A DNA stretch of 64,000 nt from Bacteroidota bacterium (GTDB lineage: Bacteria; Bacteroidota; Bacteroidia; Flavobacteriales; BACL11), in contig JAYYZX010000019.1 in assembly GCA_036339955.1 (NCBI GenBank), forward strand, positions 11,913 through 75,912, in the 5' to 3' direction. This document shows positions 39,330 to 48,177 of this stretch, piece by piece. Position numbers and translations under genes: made by a program. Position 1 is the stretch's first letter. Every line of letters starts with the position of its first letter. Below the pieces are notes generated by a model, which saw only the letters and a list, made by a program, of their open reading frames with translations, was not told the DNA's origin and made no database searches.

Positions 39330-40073
39330 CTAAAATTTTTCTAGATTTAATTTCTTCCCATCAAATACTGCATAGCTAAAATGATTAATCCAATCTCCGG
39401 TATTAATATAATAGCTGTCTTGATCAATAGGTATTTTTAGAGGCAAATGTCGATGTCCAAATATGTAGTAGTCTACTCGTTCTTTTTGTTGTTGTTTCTT
39501 ACAGTATCCAACTAGTAATTCTTCTTGCTCACTTTTAAATTCGGGATTCTTTTTTCTAGAAGCATTTTTCTCTGACCAATATTTTGCTAATGAAACAGAA
39601 AAATCTGGATGAAGACGTTGAAATAACCATTGACATATTTTTGAAGTAAATACTTTCTTTAGTAATTTATATAAGTAATCTCCATCCCCTAATCCATCAC
39701 CATGACCAATAAATATTTTTTTATCAGATTCTTCTAAAATCAAATTATTATAATGAATCGTAGCATCAATTTGTTCTGAAAAATAATCTTTCATCCACAA
39801 ATCATGATTCCCTACTACAAAGTGAATCTTGATCCCTCTGTCAGAAAGTTCAGCTAAAGAACCTAAGAGACGAACAAATCCTTTAGGAACTACTTGCTTA
39901 TATTCAAACCAAAAGTCAAAAATATCCCCTATGAGATAAATACTTTTTGCATCTTTTTTTATTTCGTTGAGCCAACTTACAATTTTCTTTTCTCTTTTAA
40001 GATTTTCTTTAACACTGGAATTCCCTAGATGAAAATCTGAAGCAAAGTATATTTTTTTATTTTCAGATATCAT
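39330..40073 (-). CDS. lpxH: UDP-2,3-diacylglucosamine diphosphatase
   Basis: 247 aa. Calcineurin-like metallophosphoesterase motifs YFASDFHLG, GDIFDFW, GNHD, GHGD and GHRH. Confidence 0.85.
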   Translation of the reverse strand: MISENKKIYFASDFHLGNSSVKENLKREKKIVSWLNEIKKDAKSIYLIGDIFDFWFEYKQVVPKGFVRLLGSLAELSDRGIKIHFVVGNHDLWMKDYFSEQIDATIHYNNLILEESDKKIFIGHGDGLGDGDYLYKLLKKVFTSKICQWLFQRLHPDFSVSLAKYWSEKNASRKKNPEFKSEQEELLVGYCKKQQQKERVDYYIFGHRHLPLKIPIDQDSYYINTGDWINHFSYAVFDGKKLNLEKF

Positions 40074-41518
40074 TTTTCTAATTCCTTTCTTAGTATTTCA
40101 TTTGTTAATTTTGGATCTGCTTTTCCTTTTGATAATTTCATAATTTCACCCATGAATAATCCAATTAAACCTTTTTTCCCATTTTTATATTCTAGCACTT
40201 TATCAGGATATTGTTTTATTATTTGATTTACATATTCATATAATGTACTATCATTACTTTCTTGGATCCAATTATTTTTTACAGCAATTTCTTCTGCAGA
40301 TATTTGTTTTTTTAGCATCTCAGGAAATATTTTTTTTGTCGCAATAGAATGACTTATTTTATTTGACTCTATAAGAGTAATTAGTTCTGCTAATTGTTGT
40401 GTAGTTAAAGGAAATTCTTGAATTGTTTTTGCATTTTCATTTAAATATGATTTGACTTCTCCATTGATTAAATTTGCCGCAGCTTTATAATTTTTTGTTT
40501 TATTACATAATTCATCAAAGTAGAAAGCAATGTCTTTATCTTCAATTATTATTGAAGCATCGTAATCTGATAAATTGTAATTTTTTATAAAACGATTTAA
40601 CAATTCTCTTGGTAAGGGAGGTAGATTCTCCTTGATATCCTTAATATATTTCTCGCTAATAATAACTGGCTGAATATCTGGTTCAGGGAAATATCGATAA
40701 TCATGGGCATCTTCTTTACTTCGCATAGAAACAGTTGACCCAGTAAGATCATTAAAACTTCTTGTTTCTTGAATAACTTTTTCTCCTTTTTCTAGAATTT
40801 GTATTTGTCGCTGAATCTCAAACTCAATAGCTTTTCTTACGTTTCTTGTAGAGTTCATATTTTTTACTTCTACTTTTGTCCCAAGCTTTACATCTTTTAT
40901 ATTCGCTACAGATATATTTGCATCACATCTCAAACTTCCTTCTTCCATATTACCATCACAAATCTCTAGATATTTCATAAGCTTACGAACTTCATTAATA
41001 TAGGAGCTAGCTTCTTTTGCAGAATTTATTTCTGGCTCTGAAACAATTTCTATTAAAGGAACTCCGGCTCTATTTAAATCTATTAAGCTATTAAAAGGAT
41101 CTAAATTATGAATGCTTTTCCCAGCATCTTCTTCCATATGAATACGTGTTAATTGAATTTTTTTAAAAGATCCATCTTTTGCTTTAATTTCTATGTACCC
41201 TCCTGTACAGATTGGTGTTGTGTCTTGCGTTATTTGATATCCTTTAGGTAAATCAGCATAAAAATAATTTTTTCTAGCATATTCATTTCTTATTGTAATA
41301 TTAGCATTGACAGCCAACCCCATTTTTATAGCATACTCTATCACTTTTTTATTAATCATCGGAAGAGTACCAGGATGCCCTAGTGTTATTGGTGATGTTT
41401 TAGTATTCGGTTTTGCCCCATAAATATTTTCTTCAGCAGAGTATGCTTTTGTATGAGTCCGTAATTGAGCATGTATCTCAAGACCTATAGTGGGCTTATA
41501 TGTTGCTTGTTTACTCAT
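40070..41518 (-). CDS. gatB: Asp/Glu-tRNA amidotransferase subunit B
   Basis: 482 aa. N-terminus YKPTIGLEIHAQL, plus RCDANISV and the C-terminal YqeY-like domain. Confidence 0.9.
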   Translation of the reverse strand: MSKQATYKPTIGLEIHAQLRTHTKAYSAEENIYGAKPNTKTSPITLGHPGTLPMINKKVIEYAIKMGLAVNANITIRNEYARKNYFYADLPKGYQITQDTTPICTGGYIEIKAKDGSFKKIQLTRIHMEEDAGKSIHNLDPFNSLIDLNRAGVPLIEIVSEPEINSAKEASSYINEVRKLMKYLEICDGNMEEGSLRCDANISVANIKDVKLGTKVEVKNMNSTRNVRKAIEFEIQRQIQILEKGEKVIQETRSFNDLTGSTVSMRSKEDAHDYRYFPEPDIQPVIISEKYIKDIKENLPPLPRELLNRFIKNYNLSDYDASIIIEDKDIAFYFDELCNKTKNYKAAANLINGEVKSYLNENAKTIQEFPLTTQQLAELITLIESNKISHSIATKKIFPEMLKKQISAEEIAVKNNWIQESNDSTLYEYVNQIIKQYPDKVLEYKNGKKGLIGLFMGEIMKLSKGKADPKLTNEILRKELEK

Positions 41519-42894
41519 TTAGTCAAATATAATTTTCCTGTAGATGAAATCCCTTTATAATCAATTACTTTGTAAATATAAATACCCGAAGTTATGCTTG
41601 AAGGGAGATATATTATATTTTCTTTTATATACTCTAGCTCTAAAACAGACTCCCCAAATAGATTATACAGATTTAATGACTTTGTTTTATATTTATTAAT
41701 ATATAAGTATTTGCTTGATGGGTTTGGGTATATTAAAATATTTTTGATATGTTCTTGTTGAGTAGATGTTTGAGTATTGTGACATTTTAAAACATATAAG
41801 CCAGTTTGCATATCAGAAACTAATATATTTCCAGATTTTAAATAAGGATATACACCCCAGGATCCCCTGTAAGAAATATGATCTGTTGGTAAATATGTGT
41901 CATAGTAATTGACTTGTATTGGATTTACTGGATTACTTATATCAAAAACTCTTAATCCATCATGATAATATGCTACATAAAGATAATCGCCTTTTATAAT
42001 TCCGTTATGTGCCATTGAGTTTGTGTCAACACCTGAATTGATAACAGATAATACTTGAATATTATTAAAATCACTTACATCAAATATTTTTATATCATAC
42101 CCATGATTTTCGTCTTGCATTGCATAAATTGTTCCATCATCATTTAGCCATCCTGAGTGATTATATCCCCCATCTGGATAAGATATAATTGGAAGTGAGG
42201 CTAATTCTGTTGGACTAACAGGAGTTGTGGTTCCTATTGTAGAAAAATCAACAATTCTTAAACCATCATATCCGCAATTAAGATATGCTGTATCATTTCG
42301 TACATAGGAATCATGTACATGTCCGACATTATTGTAAGTATATAGAAGAACAGGATTTACAGGGTTTGCTAATGAATAGATTTCCATTGCGGATGAGAAA
42401 TTATTTGGGTTTGTATGTTTTACTGCACATACATATAATTTAGCAGTTGCAGTATCAATGAATATATTATGAGCATTCGTGAATAAATTATTAGAGTCAA
42501 AAACGGTGTTAACTGAGCTTGGCAAATTGGATATATCTACAATTTTTAGTGTACTACTACTCCCTTCATCACATACAATATATAAATACCCTGCATAATC
42601 ATGATAATCTCTATGGATTACTCCTCCTCCAGTAAATGATCCGGGTATGAATGCTGACTCATAACTACTACTTGTATTTGTAATATCAAATATATGTGTT
42701 CCGGAAGTAGATCCTATAACTGCAAATTCATTTCCATTTACTTCTAGTCCCCATATTTCATTGTATATATTATTATATGCAAAAGACCCTATCAGAGATG
42801 TGTCCTGCCAATGATATTCTAGTGTAGTATTTAACTGACAAAAAGATACTTTAATAAACAAAAAATAAAATATAAGTATAATATCTTTCTTCAT
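41515..42894 (-). CDS. LVIVD-repeat / beta-propeller protein with T9SS C-terminal sorting domain
   Basis: 459 aa. Signal peptide, repeated (L/Y)xIxD(I/V)S... blades (LKIVDISN, LRIVDFST, IKIFDVSD, LRVFDISN), and the C-terminal tail LIYPNPSSKYLYI...GIYIYKV... Confidence 0.75.
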   Translation of the reverse strand: MKKDIILIFYFLFIKVSFCQLNTTLEYHWQDTSLIGSFAYNNIYNEIWGLEVNGNEFAVIGSTSGTHIFDITNTSSSYESAFIPGSFTGGGVIHRDYHDYAGYLYIVCDEGSSSTLKIVDISNLPSSVNTVFDSNNLFTNAHNIFIDTATAKLYVCAVKHTNPNNFSSAMEIYSLANPVNPVLLYTYNNVGHVHDSYVRNDTAYLNCGYDGLRIVDFSTIGTTTPVSPTELASLPIISYPDGGYNHSGWLNDDGTIYAMQDENHGYDIKIFDVSDFNNIQVLSVINSGVDTNSMAHNGIIKGDYLYVAYYHDGLRVFDISNPVNPIQVNYYDTYLPTDHISYRGSWGVYPYLKSGNILVSDMQTGLYVLKCHNTQTSTQQEHIKNILIYPNPSSKYLYINKYKTKSLNLYNLFGESVLELEYIKENIIYLPSSITSGIYIYKVIDYKGISSTGKLYLTK

Positions 42895-42897
42895 TTA

Positions 42898-43707
42898 TTA
42901 TATATCTTTAATTAATTGTTTAATGATAAGAGTAAGTTTTGGTTCTGCAATTTCTGCAACAGCCTGCACATCTTCATGTGTGACTTTTTTTATTTTCCCA
43001 GCAACTCCCAAATCAGTAATTACAGAAATAGCAAAACAAGGTATTTGCATATGTCGCGCTACAATTACTTCAGGGACAGTAGACATTCCTACTGCATCTC
43101 CACCAATAATTCTAATAAATTTATACTCTGCTGGTGTTTCTAAGCAGGGCCCCGTTACTGCTACATATATGCCTTTTTGTAAATTAATATTATTTTCATT
43201 TCCAATTCTTTCAGCAATCTTTATTAATCTAGAATCATATGCATCACTCATATCAGGGAATCTAGTCCCTAGTGTCTTTAAATTTGGACCAATTAAAGGG
43301 TTAGGAATTAAGTTGATATGATCAGTTAGAATCATTAAGTCTCCAATTTTAAAATCAGGATTTACTCCTCCACTTGCATTTGAAACAATTAGTTTTTCTA
43401 TACCCATCATATACATAATTCTCACAGGTAATGTAACTTCTTGCATATTATATCCTTCATAAAAATGAAATCTTCCTTGCATTACCATTACATTCTTTCC
43501 TGATAAAACTCCAAAAATCATACGTCCAGAATGTCCTTCTACTGTTGATATTGGAAAATTTGGAATATCTTGATAATCAATAGTATGATTAATTTTTATT
43601 TCTGATATTAATCCTCCAAGTCCAGTACCTAATATTATTCCAATTTCTGGTTGAGTATTTGTCTTTTTTAGTAAAAAATCACTAATTTTTGTTATTTGTT
43701 TTAACAT
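42898..43707 (-). CDS. Purine nucleoside phosphorylase (trimeric PNP family)
   Basis: 269 aa. GIILGTGLGG, STVEGHSGRMIFG, VSNASGG and GMSTVPEV motifs. Confidence 0.85.
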   Translation of the reverse strand: MLKQITKISDFLLKKTNTQPEIGIILGTGLGGLISEIKINHTIDYQDIPNFPISTVEGHSGRMIFGVLSGKNVMVMQGRFHFYEGYNMQEVTLPVRIMYMMGIEKLIVSNASGGVNPDFKIGDLMILTDHINLIPNPLIGPNLKTLGTRFPDMSDAYDSRLIKIAERIGNENNINLQKGIYVAVTGPCLETPAEYKFIRIIGGDAVGMSTVPEVIVARHMQIPCFAISVITDLGVAGKIKKVTHEDVQAVAEIAEPKLTLIIKQLIKDI

Positions 43708-44725
43708 AACTTATAATTTGGTTTTTAAACATCTCTTCATTTTTACATTTTATTTCGATTGGCATAGAATAAACAGGTATATTCTTAAATAATGTTTTAA
43801 ATCTTTTTAATCGTACAGCATCTTTTTCGGTGGTTAAGATAAGTGTTTTGAAGCTTTTTTCAGAATTATATTTCTCTAAAATCTTTAAAATATTTTCTTT
43901 TTTGAATTCATGATGGTCATTATACTCTATATGTTCAACTAGAAAGCCTTGTTTTTCAAGTGAATGCTTTATATTTTTCGCATATACAATACCAGTAATT
44001 AATATTATTTTCTTGAATGAGCTCAATATGTTATCATTATCTACATACCTAAATATTGGATTCCATTTAGAGTATTTTATATAAGAAAAGAAGATGTCTT
44101 GTTTCTTTAGAGGAACTAATTTCTTAATTATACTCTCTTTTTCTATATTATTAATATCTTTTGGACATTTACTCATAATTATTATATCTGCTCTTTTTTT
44201 AGCATAATTTCCTTCTCTTAGTGTTCCTGCAGGTAAAACATTATTTTTATAAAAAGGGATTTGATATGAAGTAATGAGAATATTAAGTCCTGGATTTACC
44301 CATCTATGTTGGAATGCATCGTCCAGAATAATTACATCAACATCTGTATATTCAGACAAAATTTGATTAATTCCTTTCTTTCTGGATTCACATACAGCAA
44401 TAAGACAATCCGGAAATTTATTTTTAAGCTGTAATGGTTCGTCACCAACTTTCTTGTAATCATCCAGTATATTTACAGCAATAAAGCCATTAGTATTTCT
44501 TCCATAACCTCTACTTAAAACCGCTATTTTATATTTATTTTGCAGAATATTTATTATATATTCTACATGTGGAGTCTTCCCTTCACCTCCCATAGATAAG
44601 TTCCCAACTGATATTATAGGGATTTTAAATGATGTTGAAGGGAAAATCCCAATATCAAAACAAATATTACGTATATAAGTAATTAAGCTATATATCCACG
44701 AGAAGGGAAGTAATAAAAAACGCAT
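43682..44725 (-). CDS. lpxK: Tetraacyldisaccharide 4'-kinase
   Basis: 347 aa. P-loop VGNLSMGGEGKTP and LSRGYGR. The 3' end overlaps the pnp start by 26 nt. Confidence 0.85.
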   Translation of the reverse strand: MRFLLLPFSWIYSLITYIRNICFDIGIFPSTSFKIPIISVGNLSMGGEGKTPHVEYIINILQNKYKIAVLSRGYGRNTNGFIAVNILDDYKKVGDEPLQLKNKFPDCLIAVCESRKKGINQILSEYTDVDVIILDDAFQHRWVNPGLNILITSYQIPFYKNNVLPAGTLREGNYAKKRADIIIMSKCPKDINNIEKESIIKKLVPLKKQDIFFSYIKYSKWNPIFRYVDNDNILSSFKKIILITGIVYAKNIKHSLEKQGFLVEHIEYNDHHEFKKENILKILEKYNSEKSFKTLILTTEKDAVRLKRFKTLFKNIPVYSMPIEIKCKNEEMFKNQIISYVKTNNKN

Positions 44726-44729
44726 GCTG

Positions 44730-44737
44730 CAAAGATA
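44730..44737 (-). promoter_or_regulatory. -7 promoter box TAnnTTTG upstream of lpxK
   Basis: The minus strand reads tatctttg. Its G is 4 nt before ATG 44725. Confidence 0.4.
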
Positions 44738-44772
44738 GTTAATACTTAACTCTTATTTATCTTTCAATTTCT

Positions 44773-44780
44773 TACTTTTG
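44773..44780 (+). promoter_or_regulatory. -7 promoter box TAnnTTTG upstream of the Nif3-like gene
   Basis: tacttttg. Its G is 4 nt before ATG 44785. Confidence 0.4.
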
Positions 44781-44784
44781 GGGC

Positions 44785-45879
44785 ATGAAAATAAAAAATA
44801 TTATTACTTATTTAGAGGAAGTCGCTCCATTATATTATCAAGAATCATATGATAATTCTGGACTGTTATTAGGGAATAGTGAATTAGAAGTCACATCAGC
44901 TCTAATTGCATTGGATTGTACAGAAAGTATTATTGAAGAAGCAATTCAAAATAAATGCAATTTGATTATTACGCATCACCCTCTTATTTTTTCTAAATTA
45001 AGTAAAATAACAGGATCCGACTATATACAACGAATTATTATTAAAGCAATTAAACATGACATTGCTATTTATGCGATACATACTAACTTAGATAATATAT
45101 ATCATGGAGTTAATCATAGAATTTCAGAGAAATTAGGGTTAGTAAATACAGCAATACTATCTCCCAAGGATAATCTAATTATGCAGCTTGTAGTATATTG
45201 TCCTAAAAAATATACGAAAAAGATTCAAAAAGCTTTATTTGATTCTGGTGCTGGGAATATTGGTAATTATAATGAATGTAGTTTTATTTCACAAGGTATT
45301 GGCACTTTTCAGCCACTACAAGAAGCACAACCTAAAATTGGGTCCATAGGAGAAAGGTATTCAGGAAATGAAGAAAGAATTTCTGTAGTTTTTCCAAAAC
45401 ATTTAAGATTTCAGATTATTAAAGCGATGGAACGTGCTCATCCATATGAGGAAGTTGCATATCAGATTCATACAATAGATAATCTTAATCAACATGTAGG
45501 TTCTGGAATGATAGGGGAGTTACTTCAGCCTGTATCTGCAACTAAATTTTTACAATATGTTAAGAAGAAAATGCAAGCAACAAATATACGTTACAGCAAT
45601 ATAGTAAAAAAACAAATTAAAAAAGTTGCAGTTTGTGGAGGTAGTGGGAGTTTTTTAATTCAAGAAGCTAAATGTCTAGAAGCAGATATTTTTATAACTA
45701 GTGATATTAAATATCATGATTTCTTTCTTGCAGATAACAGAATAATTCTTGCAGATATTGGACATTATGAAAGCGAACAATTTACAAAGGAATTAATTTC
45801 GGATTTGCTTATTAAAAAATTTCCTAAATTTGCGGTCCTATTATCAAAGATCAGAACTAATCCTATAAATTATTTATAA
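44785..45879 (+). CDS. Nif3-like dinuclear metal centre protein (GTP cyclohydrolase 1 type 2 homologue)
   Basis: 364 aa. YDNSGLLLG, ITHHPLIF, AIHTNLD and GHYESE motifs with an inserted PII-like domain. Confidence 0.85.
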   Translation: MKIKNIITYLEEVAPLYYQESYDNSGLLLGNSELEVTSALIALDCTESIIEEAIQNKCNLIITHHPLIFSKLSKITGSDYIQRIIIKAIKHDIAIYAIHTNLDNIYHGVNHRISEKLGLVNTAILSPKDNLIMQLVVYCPKKYTKKIQKALFDSGAGNIGNYNECSFISQGIGTFQPLQEAQPKIGSIGERYSGNEERISVVFPKHLRFQIIKAMERAHPYEEVAYQIHTIDNLNQHVGSGMIGELLQPVSATKFLQYVKKKMQATNIRYSNIVKKQIKKVAVCGGSGSFLIQEAKCLEADIFITSDIKYHDFFLADNRIILADIGHYESEQFTKELISDLLIKKFPKFAVLLSKIRTNPINYL

Positions 45880-45881
45880 TA

Positions 45882-46637
45882 ATGGCTAAAACGACAAAGA
45901 CAAAAAAGAAAGTTTCAACTTCTGCAAAAGATAAATTACAGTTCCTATACAAACTCCAATTAATTGATTCAGGTATTGATAGTGTGCGTATTGTCAGAGG
46001 AGAATTACCAATAGAAATACAGCAATTAGAGGATCAGATTACTCATTTAGATACTAAAGTTCAAAACGGCAATAATGAGTTAACCGCTATTGAAGAAGAG
46101 CAAATATCTTATAAAGAGACTATTAAAAACGCAAAAGCATTAGTAAAAAAATATAAAAAACAACTTGAGAATATAAAAAATAATCGTGAGTTTATATCCT
46201 TAACTAAGGAGGTTGAATTTCAAACTTTAGAAATTGAACTTTCTGAGAAAAAAATAAAAGAGGCAGATGCTAAGTTGAGTATTAAGAATGACACAGTGAA
46301 AATAATCAAGTCTGAAAAAAAAGATAAGAATACAGAATTAAAAATAAAAACAGAAGAGCTAGATTCTATTGTTAAAGAGACAGAAAAAGATGAGAAATCG
46401 TTACTAAGAAAATCAACTAATGCACAAAAGAATATAGATGAAGGCTTATTAAATCTATATCATAGAATCCGAGAGAAGGTTACCAATGGATTAGCTGTAG
46501 TTTCTATAGAAAGAAATGCATGCGGAGGATGTTTTAACACTATACCTCCACAAAAACAATTAGATATTGGCATACATAAAGAAATTGTTTTCTGTGAACA
46601 TTGTGGTAGAATATTAGTAGACTCAGAGACTTTGTAA
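45882..46637 (+). CDS. Coiled-coil protein with C-terminal C4 zinc ribbon (DUF164-like)
   Basis: 251 aa. Long coiled coil followed by CGGC...CEHCGR. This is the usual partner downstream of Nif3 genes. Confidence 0.75.
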   Translation: MAKTTKTKKKVSTSAKDKLQFLYKLQLIDSGIDSVRIVRGELPIEIQQLEDQITHLDTKVQNGNNELTAIEEEQISYKETIKNAKALVKKYKKQLENIKNNREFISLTKEVEFQTLEIELSEKKIKEADAKLSIKNDTVKIIKSEKKDKNTELKIKTEELDSIVKETEKDEKSLLRKSTNAQKNIDEGLLNLYHRIREKVTNGLAVVSIERNACGGCFNTIPPQKQLDIGIHKEIVFCEHCGRILVDSETL

Positions 46638-46689
46638 TAATTTGTAGTTATTACAGAATTCAGCCATTCTTGTTAATTTTTATCAATTT

Positions 46690-48177
46690 ATGCGGTATTT
46701 TCTAATATTATTTTTTTTAGCTTCTTCCTTTCAATTAGAAGCAAAGTTTGAAGTTAATGATAATATGAAGAATGCATATTCTTATATTATTAATCTTGAT
46801 ATTGAAAATGCTAAAAATTTATTAAGTAAAGAAAGACAGATTAACCCTAATAATGGTATAGTTGATTTATATGAGAATTATATTGATTTTCTACATTTAT
46901 TAACAAGTGGTGAAGATGAAGTTTTATTTCAAGAATTAAACAAAAACAAATTAAAAAGAATAAGAAATATTAAACGTAATGATAATATTTCTCCATACTA
47001 TTTATATAGCCAAGCCGAAATTCATTTACAATGGGCATTTACAAGAATAAAATTTGGTGAATATGTCACGGGAGCTTATGAGATCCAGAAAGCATATTTT
47101 TTACTAAAGAAGAATGAAAGAATTTTCCCTAATTTTTATTTAAACAATAAAAATCTAGCAGTATTATATGCTCTTATTGGATCTATTCCAAAACAATATC
47201 AATGGTTAACTGGTTTAATCGGAATGGAGGGGGATATACATAAGGGGCTTAGTGAGTTAAATAATTTCTTTTATTTAACTCAGACAGATCCAGAGTATGA
47301 ACAATATAACATAGAAACGATTCTTTTACTTTCTTTTTTACAGATGAATATTAGTAATGAAAATAAAGATTATGAAGAATTACTATCCACTATACATGAT
47401 AAGTATAAAACAAATAAATTATTAAAACTTTGTGCAGCGCGACTAGCTCACAAGTTAGGTGACAATAAATTAAGTTTACAGATATTAAATCACATTCCCC
47501 CAGAAGACAAAACATTACCTATTTATTATTTTGATTATTTGTTAGGAATGTCAGAGTTGTATAACTTAAATTATGAAATTGCATCACGATATTTCAAAAG
47601 ATTTTTACAAAATTCTAGAGGGAGAAAGCACTATATTAAATCTAGTTATCATAAGTTAGCTCTAATATCTTTTCTGTTAGGGAATGATCAATCTATGAGC
47701 CATTACTTCAATTTAATTCTCTTAAATGGAGATATATTTATTGATGAAGATAAAAAAGCACAATTAGATGCAGAAAGAAAGAAGATATATCACCAATCAT
47801 TGTTAAAATCTCAATTATTGTATGATGGGGGATACTATAAACAGTCATTATTAGAATTGGAGAAAAGTTCTAAATCACTATTTAATCAAAATGATATTTC
47901 AGAATATTGGTATCGAAAAGGAAGAATTGCACAACGAATGCATGAGCCACCATCTAAAATTATTGAATATTTTTCTCAGTCATATAATAAGGGTCAGGGC
48001 TTGAAAGCATATTTCCCTCCTATGTCTTCCTTGCAAATTGGTTATGAATATGAGAAGCTAGGGAATATAAGTAAGGCTAGAGCATTTTATAAAAAATGTT
48101 TATTATTCTCTAATTTTGATTATGAGAGAGGTATTCATCAAAAGGCAAAAGTTGCACTTACAAGATTAAATCGCTAA
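46690..48177 (+). CDS. Secreted all-helical TPR-like protein (possibly DUF3808 / TTC39-Iml2-like)
   Basis: 495 aa. Signal peptide MRYFLILFFLASSFQLEA and helical-repeat character. LTGLIGMEGDIHKGLSELN resembles, from memory, the conserved G-D-x-x-x-G-L motif of the TTC39/Iml2 family. Confidence 0.35.
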   Translation: MRYFLILFFLASSFQLEAKFEVNDNMKNAYSYIINLDIENAKNLLSKERQINPNNGIVDLYENYIDFLHLLTSGEDEVLFQELNKNKLKRIRNIKRNDNISPYYLYSQAEIHLQWAFTRIKFGEYVTGAYEIQKAYFLLKKNERIFPNFYLNNKNLAVLYALIGSIPKQYQWLTGLIGMEGDIHKGLSELNNFFYLTQTDPEYEQYNIETILLLSFLQMNISNENKDYEELLSTIHDKYKTNKLLKLCAARLAHKLGDNKLSLQILNHIPPEDKTLPIYYFDYLLGMSELYNLNYEIASRYFKRFLQNSRGRKHYIKSSYHKLALISFLLGNDQSMSHYFNLILLNGDIFIDEDKKAQLDAERKKIYHQSLLKSQLLYDGGYYKQSLLELEKSSKSLFNQNDISEYWYRKGRIAQRMHEPPSKIIEYFSQSYNKGQGLKAYFPPMSSLQIGYEYEKLGNISKARAFYKKCLLFSNFDYERGIHQKAKVALTRLNR

